From assembly GCA_964016885.1 (NCBI GenBank), contig OZ024745.1, positions 60,760,001-60,824,000 on the forward strand: a stretch of DNA of 64,000 nt, read 5' to 3'. Position numbers and translations under genes: made by a program. This DNA is from Eledone cirrhosa. Taxonomy: Eukaryota. Below are positions 51,014 to 64,000 of this stretch, piece after piece (the first letter of the stretch is position 1; every line of letters starts with the position of its first letter). The notes under the pieces are model-generated. The model did not search any database and had not been told where the DNA came from. It saw nothing but the letters and a program-made list of their open reading frames with translations.

Positions 51014-54000
51014 GGTGATGTGTGTGTATATTACTTGCTAATATCAAGTTCCATTTCATGAATATATTGTAGGAGATGTATGTGTTTATTACTTGCTAGT
51101 ATCAACTTAATATTTGTATCCACTGTAGCATTTTTTTCTTAAGTCTATGAGATAAGAGAATGTATAGAATATTGACCCTTGGTTAATTCTAACGCTTGGA
51201 ATTGTAGGTGGTAAAGAATGATCTTCCTAAAGTGGGTTCAGAAATTTGACAAGAATAAGTGTTTAAAGAAGCATGGAATGAAGGAATGATTTTGGGTTGG
51301 AAAGGTGGAAGGATAATCTTTAAGCACAACATCTTATATTATCAGAAGTTTTAACTTAATGCCTTTCCCATTTAGGAATTAATATCAATGCAGTTTCTAA
51401 CTTGAAAGGTGTTTGCTCTTATCTTCTTGAAATTTATATATATTTTGTTCAACAAATTTCAATTGGATTATAAAGTTTGCAATAAAATGCAAAAAAAGGA
51501 AAAAAATGAAGTAGCAACAGTAAGGGAAAAGGGGAGAGTGAGCAGTACTAGTCCCCAGTTAGGTGGTATATCTCAGCTGTGCCCCCCAGACAAAATGTAG
51601 AACGAAGGCATTCCCACTGAGAACAGCATCTTGGTTGAATACTATTGACTTCTTGACTGTATGTCGTGCAGTTGTGGAGTTATTTAGTGAGTCAGCAATT
51701 TTGTTTTCTATACTCTATAAGCGAAATAAAATAAGCTTTGTGTTATATAAATTACAGCGGTGGTGCTACTGCAACTTCAATTTCAAACGATGAGTAATGG
51801 TTGGACGTTTAATGTAAACGGTAGTTAGAAAAGAAACAACTTTGATTTTAATTAATTTATAATCATATATGTGCAGTCAGAAGCTTTTAACATTATTATC
51901 AGCTGTAGTATAATTGAAGTAATTAGATTTTATGTTGTAAGCCACCCAATCATACACTAAACTGAGGTTGAGGAAAATTCTGATTTCATAACATGAACAC
52001 TTCAAGTTGGTAGTAGGAAAAAGTATCCAGTTGTATGTAAAAACAATTTCTCCGATAACAATATAGACATGAAGTTTTCTCCACCATGCTAGCATAAAAT
52101 AATTATTTTTGATATAGAACTTCCTTCCCTTTTAACCTGTAACACCTGGTAGTCGTAGTGTCACCGCAATGACCATACAGCATTTCTTGGCCATTTTACA
52201 AACCCAGCGGAGCCTATCTCCTCTCCAGGTCAGAAAACAGTCAATTTCTTCCAGAGAAGGAGAGGGTGTAATATAGAGGAAGTGAGAAGATATGGTACTT
52301 ATTTTTATTCAACCTCAAAAGGATGAAAGGCATAGTTGACCTTGATGGGATTTCAACTCAGAACATAAAGAACGAACAAATTCAAATATTTTGTCTGATA
52401 CTCTGTGATTCTTCTGTCACTCTGATAATATTGGATGTCAAGACAAAACATGGCTTAAGATTTGAAATATACATGACTATTAGTAACAAGGAATTAAATT
52501 TACTCCAACGAATGAAGGTGGTGGATTGGCAGTGATTAGGGCATCTGATTAAAAATTCCTCAGAATTAATTCCTGTTCAGTGTTCTGGGGTCAACTTTGC
52601 CTTTCATCCATTCAAGGTCAATAAAGCACCAACATAGTACTGGTGTTGATTCTTCTGCCATCTGTCTCTCTTTGGAAAACATTGGCTCTAGGATGAGCTC
52701 TGCCAGGGTTAAAAATGCTCAGGACAGTGCCTCTATAACTACAGGAGTTAAGAGTCCTTTATCTTTTACAACTGGGAATAATGATTTTAAAGCAAAAAAA
52801 GAAAAAATTGAGTATAGAAAAGCTCTATTCTCAGGGAGTTGAGCCAAAGAAGTAATTTCAATGTTATCTATTGGCCTGCTAGGAATATCTGGATTAGAAT
52901 CTACCACTAAATAACAAACCTATTAGATAATATAGATCTAGTTTACCCATAAAAATATGTTTACCTTACATGGAGCTAAACAAGTGGTCACCAGTTGTAG
53001 CTAACTTAGTGCTAGTTATTTATCAACCTTTCTTCAGTTTAGACATTTCCAGCTCGGAGAAAGTGTTTAGGCAATCACTTCATATGGATGAAAATTTGTA
53101 CATCCTACAGAAAACCTTTTTCCTTTTCTTTCATTTAACTTCCACCTAATTGGGGAATTGGTAAATATTTCTTTTTGATGGTCTTCCTACTCAATTCATT
53201 TCTTTTCTATTTAATGTTTTCTAACTGGAGTTGTCACATTGGCCTTCTGTATCCTATGGTTTGTGGAAATAAGTTTTAACTCATATTTATAAATGTCTCA
53301 ATACTTTTAATTGGGTTATTCAGATTTGAATTGAAATATGTAAGGTGGTGGTCGTGCTAGAGTCGGGAATAAAATGCTCCCAGTACACGCTGTAAAGTGG
53401 TTGGCATTAGAAAGGACATTAGCTGTAGAAGAAACCAAGCAAAAAAAAAAACAGGCATACAAGCGGGGTGTAATCACCTGACCAGTCAGATCTTAATACG
53501 TGACTGCGCATCTATCCAATGTATTGAAAATAGATGTTAAACAATGATGACTTAGTGCATATATTATTAAAATATAGGTATTTTTTGCTCTTTGTACTTC
53601 CAAAGAATTACATCATTGTTTGAAAGTCTGGTTTTCATTCTAACATCTAATTGTGACAACCACTGAGATTGTGGATGAATGCACTCACACTACTAGCATG
53701 CATTTTGAAGCAACTCTTTAGTTATTACTTCCTTTGGTTGGTTATGTACTTTAATTGCCTGTCTTTTTTTTTTTCTTTTGTTTGTTGCGTCCAGTTTTCC
53801 ATGCTGGCATGGGTTGGACAGACTATATTTTACAGCTGGATGTTCTTCCTGATGCCAATCCTTTTAGTCACCTCTTAAAAACATACAAGGATATGTTTGT
53901 TCTAAAATCTGGATACACATGAAATAATGTAAATCATAAACAAATTTCTAGATTCTCAAATCTATGGAAAGAAAACAATTAATTCAGTATTTTTGCAATG

Positions 54001-54082
54001 TATTTGATGTCTTTGTTTTGTTTTTTTTGTAAGTTGTATTTGGTTTTCTTGGATTTAAAGAATTTATATTTTTTATTTACAG

Positions 54083-54594
54083 ATGCGCACATTCCAGGGA
54101 TGAATAGCTACGGAGAATTTGATGATGTGCAGGATTTCCATCAATGCAAAAATCTTGAGAACCGATTAGAACAACTCATCTATGTGGGTAGACAGCGTTA
54201 CCTCAACTGTGAGTTACTGGTGCCTCGGGGTCTGCTCTTTCGAATCGCACAAGATGTGCTGCGAATGTCTCGCAGCGAACCATGTGGAATCCGAGGCTGT
54301 ATTATGTTTATCAGCATTGAACAGAAATCATGCTGCCAGAAGATCAACAAATTAATCTATGACCCTGACTGTACTCCAACCTTTGAACTTTATCTCACAC
54401 TTCGAGAAGAAACCAAAGCTTGGGCAATTATGAAAAAATTTCTCTTCCAGTCAGTCTCGGTGATATTTGGCAACTCTACTAATGTTCTGCCGACATTTTT
54501 GTGTTCGGGTTTCCAGTTGGAGAAGAAGAAACTCTATCGGCCTAATCCAAACCGAACAGAAACAAATAATTCCAAATCGTCCCATGGTCACTAA
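54083..54594 (+). CDS. DDIT4: DDIT4/REDD1-like (scylla/charybde, RTP801_C domain) last coding exon
   Basis: LLVP..LL.RIAQDVLRMS.SEPCGIRGC, DPDCTPTFELYLTLRE, GFQLEKKKLY; acceptor TTTTATTTACAG; spliced product 237 aa. Confidence 0.9.
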
Positions 54595-55685
54595 AGAGTT
54601 AATATCAATTATCACAAGAACTCTCATCATTATTATTTATTATTATTATTATTATATATTTTTCACTTGGCTTCATATGGGGATGGGTGTGTTTACCCAT
54701 TTACTTCCAACTATACACTCACCACTATCCATCCTGTTATGTTGGATCCCACCTTTTCCCACAAATGTTGCCATATTTATAGTTATTTATTTTTACTTTT
54801 CATTTGTAATGGATGAAAAATGAGTATGAAAAAAAAAAACTTCAAAAAACAAATTAACATGAACAAAAACGAAAAAAAATGTTTCTGACCATTTATGAAT
54901 TTGAATGTCTGTTAGTATGCTTCTTTCTGCATGGATATATTTCTTTACAATTCCAGTTTAAAAGAAAAAAAAAAAAGGTATAAAAATTCAGTAAAAATGT
55001 AGATTTGTCTACTTCTAAGTTTAGGCTGCTTGTAAAAAAAAAAAAAATTTTTTTTTTCTCTAAATATCCTTCCCCCTTTATTTAAATATCCCCTCCCCTA
55101 AACATTATACCACCAGCTTAACTTTCTGAAGTATAAACAAGTCTGATATTTTGATAGTTGTTTGTGAATGTTTCATTAGAAATTAATGTGATGAACAGAA
55201 AGATATTGAAAAAAAAAAAAAAAAAAAAAAATCAAATGAACCAGATAAAAAATTATTCTGGTTTTTTTTTTCTATAACTGTGATAGTAGGATGCTTATAT
55301 ATATAATATAATATATATTGTATATGTAATATATTAATATATTTATATTATGTATGATATATTTAATATGGTTTACATATTGTTATTATGACCAGTTGAT
55401 ATCCCCCTCTGCCCATCTCCAACCCCTGAAAATAACACATTTTTAGCATAATTTATCATTAAATCCCATCTCTGAGATACTTTCTGCCAGAACCACTCTT
55501 AGAAACAGCTCTCAGCCCTCTAAACCTATCCACTTTTACAAAAGCTTTACTTTTTTTTTCTCATCAGATGGTACAGTCTGTTGACTCCGACTCCTCTAGC
55601 CCTCTCCATGCCACATAAAACAAAAACCAAAAACATACCTACCATAACCAAACCTTCAGTGATGTACATAATATATAAAAGTGCA

Positions 55686-55691
55686 AATAAA
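55686..55691 (+). promoter_or_regulatory. Candidate polyadenylation signal of DDIT4-like gene
   Basis: AATAAA ~1.1 kb after stop followed by U/GU-rich tract. Confidence 0.5.
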
Positions 55692-55764
55692 AAAGTATTC
55701 TCTTTTAATACTTGTTTCTTTTTGTTATTTTCATATTTACTTGGTGTCTTTTTCCTTCCTAATA

Positions 55765-55960
55765 GCTGGGATCAATCTGACCAAGCCAATGAGCTGGGAT
55801 CAATCTGACCAAGCCAATGGGCTGGGATCAATCTGACCAAGCCAATGGGCTGGGATCAATCTGACCAAGCCAATGGGCTGGGATCAATCTGACCAAGCCA
55901 ATGGGCTGGGATCAATCTGACCAAGCCAATGGGCTGGGATCAATATGACCAGGCCAATGA
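55765..55960 (+). repeat. 28-bp minisatellite x7
   Basis: GCTGGGATCAATCTGACCAAGCCAATGG. Confidence 0.95.
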
Positions 55961-57149
55961 CCTTGCTTATGGCAATAGTGAAACAGACTTAATTATGAAC
56001 CAGGAACTCCTGCTTTAGTGGTGCTGTACTGACATATAGCATTTCTTGGACATTTTAGGCTTGGCAAAGCCTATCTCTCTCTAGATCTGAACACAGTTCA
56101 TTACTTCTAGAAGAGAGAAGTGAGAAAGAGATATAGAGGAAGAATCAACACCAGTACTGGATTTGTATTTTCCTCATCAACCTCAAAAGGATGACTGGCA
56201 AAGTTGACTATGGCGGAATTTAAATTCAGACCATAGAGACAACAAATACTGCAAAACATCTGGTGTTCTAACAGCTCTGCCAATTCCCCAATTCATCACA
56301 GAATTAGAAATGTCTAAATTTTTAATGAAGTTGAAATATAAAGATGCTGGAATTTTGGTTACATCATCATATTCTAATTTGGATTTGTCATTAAACCTCC
56401 TGACAAAGATGCTTAATTGAACTTGCCTTGGTTTACGAAGATGTGAAACTGGTACCAGCCTTCCTCTTTAATAAAGATTTACATCAACACTATTCATTAG
56501 TTAACATAGTGTAGCAATATACCATGAGCAAGATGGTTGGATAACATCCATAACTTATGTTGGTTTTGCTTGGGGATCCAGCTGGATCATTTGGAGACAG
56601 TTGCTTCCTATAGAACATTCTGGAAGGTATTTCTGAGATCTCTGCTCCCACGACCCACTCAGGAATAAATGGGTGAAGAAAAGAATGAGCCAGCAGATCA
56701 ACAGGGTAACTACTACATCCAATGGTTTGTATCCCAAACAAAACTATCTAATCGCAATTGGTCCAGTTTCATCTAGATACATGTTTGGAGCAGATTGGCA
56801 TAGATAAAGGGTGTTGCTCTGGACAGCTCTTGAGTTTGCTACCAACATTACGCCACAACACAAATTATTTGACTTCTTTTGCTTGCTTGATGACTTTGCT
56901 TCTTAAGGTTTTCTCCCATGTCGCTTAGTGTGGACTACCTTCGACCCCTTTTCACAGCCACACTTCTGCTGGAACAATTTCGTCAGTCAATAACTTTGGT
57001 GCAGTTGACTGGAAAAAATTCTCAAAATTGACCTTGATCGAGCAAACCAATGATAAAATATATTACAGCCATTTACAATGTTGATTTATTTATTTATTTA
57101 TTTATTTTTTTTTTCTCTTTCTTAAATGTTGTTTTAGGTATAGTATATG

Positions 57150-57432
57150 GTGGAGTCACATGGCCTAGTAGTAAGGGTATTTGACTTATGATCATAATGG
57201 TGTGGGTTCGATTCCTGGGTTGTGTGTTATTGTGTTCTTGAGTAAAACACTTCATTTCGCGTTGCTCCAGTATACTCAGCTGAAAATGAATATCAGCAAT
57301 TGCTGGGGGTTTAACCCTGCATTGGACTGGTGTCCTGCCCAGGGGGAAGTCTTGTGCTCTCAGTTGCTTCATGCCATGAAACTAGGATAAGCACCAGCCT
57401 AACAAGCTTTCTGGCTTAAGACAGACTTTAAA
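57150..57432 (+). mobile_element. tRNA-derived CORE-like SINE
   Basis: TGGCCTAGTAG A box, GGTTCGATTCC B box, TGTGTTCTTGAGTAAAACACTT core. Confidence 0.65.
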
Positions 57433-58866
57433 CTTAGTATGGTGGTGAGTTGATGGAGTTGTTAGTCAAACAAATGCATTCTACATTCTGAGTTCAAATC
57501 CTGTTGGGGTAAACTTTGCCTTTCAATCTTTCGGGATCATTAAAATAAAGTACCATTTAAGCACTAAGGTTGATATTATCGAGCTTTCCCTTACCCCCTT
57601 GTGGCCCAAAATAGAAATCATTTTAGGTATAGTGTCCACTAGTATACATTATCCAGTGTGTCCTCCTCTCATAAAGGTAGGATGCCATTTGCATGCTATT
57701 TCCAGCATGTCAAGTGAGTGTAGGCTCATTCGATGTCTGGACAAGCTCTTTTAAATTAAAGTTTCATGGTTAACATTACATATGCTGGTGTTCACTTCTG
57801 ATACTAAACCACCTTTGGTTCTATGAAACAAAACCACACATTTTAAAGAGTTCCTATTTAAATGAAAAATCTTTCACCATAATTTTATATAAGAACTATT
57901 ATTATCTAGTCTAAAATCAGTTACGAACCCATCATATAAGCTGGTGCCTATCCCAGTTACTTTGGTGTTAAGCGACTGAGAGTATAAGACTGTCACCTGG
58001 ACTGCATTATGATTGTAAGACCAACACCCAGATGACTAAGCTACGTAGTTAAAAAAATTCAAATCTTTTCCTCTCTATCTAATGTAACCTCTACCTCTGA
58101 GTCCCAGCCAACAGGAATGGAGAATACATTGCCCCGGAGGACAGCGAGGGAGATGAGCTGGAACAGCCACTCAACCTCGCAGGGATCCCACCTAAAGGCA
58201 GCCAACTCCACTCAGATGGCAGTGATTTAGGGATGTGGTCAGGGGGCCAAGAATGCTGGAAATTTCCACTGACTTCATATACATTAGTTCCACCACTCCT
58301 GCTATCAAATGTTACATAAATGACATGTAAAATACCAGAGAGTTATTAATCTCTTATTTTGGGGTCTGTGAGAGGATAAAATGTGTACCAGGGAGAGATG
58401 CAGCATGTTTTACTGTTATTGAGGTTGTATCCTATAAATCAGATGTTCTCAAAGTGGATTCTGCAAACGAATGTCTGGGGTTCCATGAAAAGAAGGTAGA
58501 GAGGAGTATATTTATATTGCGACCGCATAACAGTATTAGACTTTGCCCCCCCCCCCCCTCCCCAAGTTTATGAACAAAAAAAGGGTTCCGCATTTGAAAA
58601 AGTTTGGGAAACCCTTCTCAGTATCATTTAACAATATTCTCAACTCTAGAATTCCATCTCAACATTCCAACAACATTTGACCACCAAGGAAACAGCTGTG
58701 TAAAACTAATAATTATCATAGGGCCATGAAAAAAAGTTGTCAGTAGCTTGTAGTATTGAGTTCAGCTCTATGTAGTAGCAAAGTGACAACTCATGAGAAC
58801 AAAATTAGGTTGTCCTCTTTTGCAAACATAAATAAATGCCGGATGAGAAGAAATACATGTCCTCAG

Positions 58867-59200
58867 CAGACCTGTCAACTCTCCCTGCCCGACTGGGTGA
58901 TCTCCCACTAAGAGGTTGGTGAAAGATGTCCTCTCTTGTGAAAATGGGTATAGATTTCATTTCCAGCATAGTTACGTCCCTTTATGGTCTGAGTTCAAAT
59001 CCCGCCGAGGTTGACTTTGCCTTTCATCCTTACGGGGTCGATAAAATAAAGTACCAGTAATGTACTGAGTAATTGCTGGCCTTGTGCCTAAAGTAGAAAC
59101 AATTATGTAAAATCTCCCCATTTTGCTTCATTTCTCCACGTTTTGGGGCAGTTTTTTCCATGGTACTCCCCGTTTGTGTTTTTAGAGGTTGGCAGGTCTG
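58867..59200. mobile_element. MITE with 6-bp TSD, carrying a nested SINE (58960-59105)
   Basis: CCTCAG|CAGACCTGTCAAC...GTTGGCAGGTCTG|CCTCAG. Confidence 0.85.
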
Positions 59201-59445
59201 CCTCAGTCAACCATTTTTTTCATCTCTGAGAAGGTTATTCACCCATTCTTCTAACAACAATACATGTTTGCACAATAGACTTAGCGTTTTATATCGTTCG
59301 CAGTACTTATAATGTTTTTCATTAGGAGGAACGTCAGCTGACAAATGATTATTTTTATCTTGATTGTAGCTTTTGTATCGCGTATATTTATACACATGTG
59401 TATATATGTATATATATATGTGGACTACCAAGATCACTAAATCTG

Positions 59446-59481
<36 letters not shown>

Positions 59482-59774
59482 TACATCCATAGTATCAAAC
59501 AAATACACATTGAAATTAATTTACTTGTTAAAATAACACATAAAACGCGCACCCAGACACACACACCACACCACACCACACACAATAACATTTAGAAAAA
59601 GAAATTTGAACCTCCGTCAATTTATTTTTTTCACGATGCATATTTCACATGTTCGACATTAAATTGTTATGTAAGTGGCTGTGTATTCCGCAGACATGTA
59701 ACACAATATTGAGGCAGAATAAACGTCACACAATTTGTGACAATGTTGGCACTTTTGATAGTTAGATACAGTTA

Positions 59775-59942
59775 CAGACCTGCCAACCTCTAAAAACCCA
59801 AACGGGGAGTACCATGGAGAAAAAAACTGGAGAGATTTTACATAATGAAAGTTATATCCATTTTCACATGAGAAGACATCTCTGACCCACCCCAAAGTGG
59901 GTAGGAGATCTCCCCGTCTGACGGGGAGAGTTGATAGGTATG
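59775..59942. mobile_element. Same MITE family
   Basis: CAGTTA|CAGACCTGCCAAC...GTTGATAGGTATG|CAGTTC. Confidence 0.75.
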
Positions 59943-60066
59943 CAGTTCATCTGGCGGTTTCCCCACAATAGTATAGGTTTATTTAATTTCAGTCACAATA
60001 TTTGGGATATTCAAGATGCCATCAGTGGCATCGAAAGCTGAACCTCATTATTGCTGACCAAATAGA

Positions 60067-60290
60067 GGGCGGTGGGTTGGCAGTAGTATCGGTAGAGCGT
60101 CGGACATCATGCTTTTTAACATATAGTTACATGCATTTACGTTCTGAGTCCAAATCCCGTCGAGATTAGCTTTGCCTTTTATCCCTACGAGGTCGATAAA
60201 ATAAAATACTAGTAATACATTGGAGTCAATTTAATCGGCTTTCCTTTCCCCCAAATTGTTGACTTTGTGCCTAAATCAGAAACCATCATT
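60067..60290 (+). mobile_element. Meta-core SINE
   Basis: Diverged full copy. Confidence 0.7.
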
Positions 60291-60624
60291 ACTCCAATTC
60301 TACCCCCCCCCCCCCAACTGCAGTGGGGGGGGGGTAGAATTGGTAGGGCGTCGGACAAAATGCTTTGCCGATTTAGTTATGGACCTTTATTTTCGTTGGA
60401 GTGAAAGACAAGACCAAACAATAACTTATAGCAATTAAGCCATAATATGTACATATAGAATTTTATGTGACGACTAGGAGAAGGTATTATGAGAAAAAGG
60501 AAGGAAAACAGAAAAAAAAAGAAGACAAGAAGAAAGCAAGATAGCGTGTAAACCATTGAAATTATTGGGGGGAGGGAGAGAACACGTTCGTCACAGATTA
60601 GTAATAATGAGCTTAGGTATATTA

Positions 60625-61200
60625 ACAAAGAGGACAAAAAAGATGAAATCCGGCCGGGGATGTTAAAAGCCTTTAACAGACAAAGTATTCTCTGGCTGAC
60701 TCGTGTGTGCTGGGTGGCCTGGATCTCTGGAAAGGTACCTAAGTAATGGTAATCGAATCGGGAGTGGTAATTCCAATTTTCAAAAAGGGAGACAAGAGAG
60801 ATTGTTCCAATTACAGAGGCATCTCCTTGTTAAGCCAACCCGATAAAGTCTAGGATAAGTGTTTGGTAAAGAAATGCAGGGAGATTGTCGAGTTCGAGTT
60901 CAAGCTAACTGGTGAACGGTGCGGTTTTCGCCCCGGACACAGCACAGCGATATTCACACTCTGGCAGGTTTTCGAGAAATAGTGGGAGTATTGTCAAGAG
61001 GTATATTCTTGTTTTGTCGACCTTGAAAACGAATTTGACCGCGTTCCTCAGGACCTGCTGTGAAAGGTTGTGCAGGAGTATGGGATCGATGGTTAACTTC
61101 TTGCTGCCTTGATGTCTCTATACGAATGCCCGAGTATTTGTGATCGAATAAATGGTGCTAAATCAAAATGTGGGTGTAGGACTCCGCTAAGGGTGCGTAC
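60625..61200 (+). mobile_element. Decayed RTE-like RT fragment
   Basis: DEIRPGMLK..VVIPIFKKGDKRDCSNYRGISLLS..GCVL with stops/frameshifts; interrupted by SINE at 61201. Confidence 0.75.
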
Positions 61201-61216
61201 TTGGCAGTATCGGTAG

Positions 61217-62184
61217 AGGGTCGGACGCCATGCTTTCCAGCATACTAACGTCCCTTTATGGTCTGAGTTCAAATCCCTTCGAGGTTAACTTTGCCTTTCA
61301 TTCTTACGAGGTCGATAAAATAAAGTACCAGTTATGCACTAGGTAATTGCTGGCCTTGTGCCAGAAGTAGAATCAATTATTTACATGAACAGGATTGACG
61401 TGCGCAAGTCCAAGGCCTTGACTAGTAGAGGTTTAGTAATAGAGAGGTAAAAATCGGTTATATCAAACTGGGTGAATTTAGCTCTGTTCTTTGAACCAGG
61501 ATATAACTGATGTAGTATTGTTCCAGAGTAACAGGTTCGTGTTGTTTATGATATGTGTGTTGATTTCTCCTAATATGTTCTTAATGGTTAGCCCCTAATT
61601 ATGTTCTTGCTGGGTTTACATACATACACAATCATACATACACATATATAGATATATACATATAAACCTACTACGAAAATCTGTTTGTAGATCTGTGTGT
61701 ATCTATGTACAGACACATATATGGATCGTAGTAGGTTTATATGTATATATCTATATATGTGTATGTATGTAAACCCAGCAAGAACAGAATTAGGGGCTAG
61801 CCATTAAGAACATATTAGGAGAAATCAACACACATATCATAAACAACACGACCCTGTTACTCTGGAACAATACTACATCAGTTATATCCTGGTTCAAAAA
61901 TATCCCATCAAAGAACAGAGCTAAATTCACCCAGTTTGATATAACCGATTTTTACCTCTCTATTACTAAACCTCTACTAGTCAAGGCCTTGGACTTGCAC
62001 ACGTCAATCCTGTTCATGTAAATAATTGATTCTACTTCTGGCACAAGGCCAGCAATTACCTAGTGCATTACTGGTACTTTATTTTATCGACCTCGTAAGA
62101 ACGAAAGGCAAAGTTAACCTCGACGGTATTTGAACTCAGACCGTAAAGGGACGTAAGCATGCTGGAAAGCACGGCGTCCGACCC
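61217..62184. repeat. ~460-bp inverted duplication of SINE + RTE stub + PLE RT fragment
   Basis: Right arm encodes NPARTELG..WNNTTSVISWFKNIPSKNRAKFTQFDITDFY.SI..LLVKAL (PLE-type RT motif A). Confidence 0.8.
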
Positions 62185-62228
62185 TATATATATATATGTA
62201 TGTATGTGTATCTATATCTATCTATATA

Positions 62229-62606
62229 TCCGGCGAACAACTGGTTCGCTTCTTCAAATATCTTTTTAGAAGAAGAATCAGAGTGGAGAGAGAGGTGCTG
62301 CACCCCAGCAAATTTTACGAAAGGTGGGTGAATGTGGCAAGGATGGCTCGAGTGGTTGGGCCTTCTTTTTATATAAGCTTGTAGGTCGATGAAGAGAGGA
62401 AAGGAGTGCTCGCTGTTCGTGCTCCTAGAGATGAGGGTTGTACATTTTTTTCGGGGTGTGTGCAACCCATTTGTAACGCCTCCCCACTATTGGGGATTTC
62501 GTTTGTTTTATTCATTATTTTTGTTATACATTTTTACACGCCTTGTATGTAGGCTCCCCAATTGTATTTGTCCCCATCTTTTGCGCCCTTGTGGCAAATA
62601 AAGAAA
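62229..62606 (+). mobile_element. Tx1-like LINE 3' end, solo copy
   Basis: SGEQLVRFF..RRRIRVEREVL; ends GGCAAATAAAGAAA; TATATC-type flanks. Confidence 0.88.
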
Positions 62607-62639
62607 TATATCTATATATATCTATATCTATATCTATAT

Positions 62640-62670
<31 letters not shown>

Positions 62671-63232
62671 CATACATATATACACATACTAATAATTATC
62701 CTACTGATTGATAATATATTACTGAATTAAGCTTCCATAATTTTTATATTGTTTTTCTTAATATACTCTATTAATGCAGGAAATTGTTATTACTTCAATC
62801 AATAAGTATATTTATGAGCTCTGATTATAATCCTATAATGTTATTGTAGAGTCTAATATACGTGAATTAGATGTTGTTTATCAAATAAATATTGGTTAGC
62901 TACGTTATATTTTATCAGTAATAAATTTTAATTTGTACGTTTAATCTTCCGTAAAGTTTTAACTTCTGACTAACTGTAATTTAAACTTGTTTACATTTTC
63001 GAAATGGAGATGTCTGATATCGAAGCTAAATATTTATATTCTTTAACTCATTCTGAAGAAATCTGTACAGAGACGAATGAAGTAACATCTTGCCGTATTC
63101 ATAGAAACGTTCGTAAATCAATTAAATAATTTAATGTAATTTAATCCCGGTTATTTTATTTTTTTTACGTATGCTCTGTGATATTGTAAAACTACTGTAA
63201 ACTAATTGGATTAAATTCTGAACTGTCATTTA

Positions 63233-63575
63233 CAGGGTCGGATTTAATGGGAAACAAAGGGGGAAATTGCCCCACTCCCTCCCCGCAGACTGGAGTGTGT
63301 GTGTGTGTGTGAGAGAGAGAGAGACACCAGCGACGGCTGTAGCAATTTATTTGTACCCTCAGCTGAGCCTTTTAGTTTTAGGAGGGTTAGAATTTTTAAA
63401 TTTAATACCCGTATGTATAACTTTTCAATTCCAATTACTTGCGTTAAGCTAACGTTGATATTTAAATTTGGAGGTGGGGGTGCTGGGGTGCTGGCTGTGT
63501 ATTTTATTTTTTGTGTATGAGGGGCCCCCACAAACCTGAAGTGCCCCGGGCCTCCAAGGTCTAAATCCAACCCTG
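63233..63575. mobile_element. hAT-type MITE
   Basis: CAGGGTCGGATTTA / TAAATCCAACCCTG TIRs; 8-bp TSD GTCATTTA/GTCATTAA. Confidence 0.8.
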
Positions 63576-64000
63576 GTCATTAACCTATTTTGCCGTGGAC
63601 TACAAAATCACATTTGAGCTTTGAATTATTCTTTGCTTTATATGGTTGTGTTATCAACTTGTCTAAACTAGAAAAGGTGGGCTTTAATTATTTCACTTAG
63701 TCACGAACGTCACGTTCTCTTTTGTCAGGGGTTGACATGAAAAATCACTGAACCCAACAGATAAATCAGGTGTGTAATGTTGTGACGGAGTGGCGAATTG
63801 GCAGAACCGTTAGAACATCTGATAGAATGCTTTCGGTTATTCGATTCGGTTCACTGCTCCCTGAGTTCCAATGCCGCCGAAGTTAACTTTGCCTTTAAGT
63901 TTTAAGTTTCATAAATAAAGTACCAACCCAGCACTGGTGTCGACTCTTCTTCTATATCTCTCAAACATGTCAACTCCCCTGGTCCGATGGGGATATCTCC

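Noticed and set aside
53998-54082. N-terminal 28 aa of the 198-aa ORF
   Set aside because: T-rich intron end before a canonical acceptor
55765-55960. CRISPR-like 28-bp repeats
   Set aside because: No spacers, no cas genes, eukaryotic context
58080-58270. GC-richer stretch as possible exon or transposase remnant
   Set aside because: No recognisable motif or convincing splice frame

Overview
AT-rich, microsatellite-laden eukaryotic DNA. The repeat content suggests a cephalopod/Octopus-like animal (inference). The left 43 kb is a retroelement nest: (i) a head-to-tail array of 5'-truncated Tx1/L1-clade LINEs each sitting in (TATC)n; (ii) a very young Penelope-like element (PLE, 21921-30567) in (TA)n, with an intact 1209-aa RT + GIY-YIG ORF carrying a ~160-aa Asn-rich insert, a partial tandem copy and an inverted pLTR; (iii) many short fold-back insertions in TA/CA tracts; (iv) Helitron, CR1, RTE, MITE and SINE copies. 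By manual folding I find about 20 type I hammerhead-ribozyme-like motifs from roughly 10 sequence families, almost all inside these fold-back insertions, including an ORF-less ~0.5-kb retrozyme-like tandem unit. The insertions share an architecture (inverted arms, one short and one long tail into the microsatellite, fold point at or in the ribozyme in three cases), which is the most interesting signal here. After a 200-N gap lies one host gene, a two-coding-exon DDIT4/REDD1 (scylla/charybde)-like gene (43626-54594). Most ORFs in the track are microsatellite or antisense noise. All folds and family assignments are by eye, without database searches.
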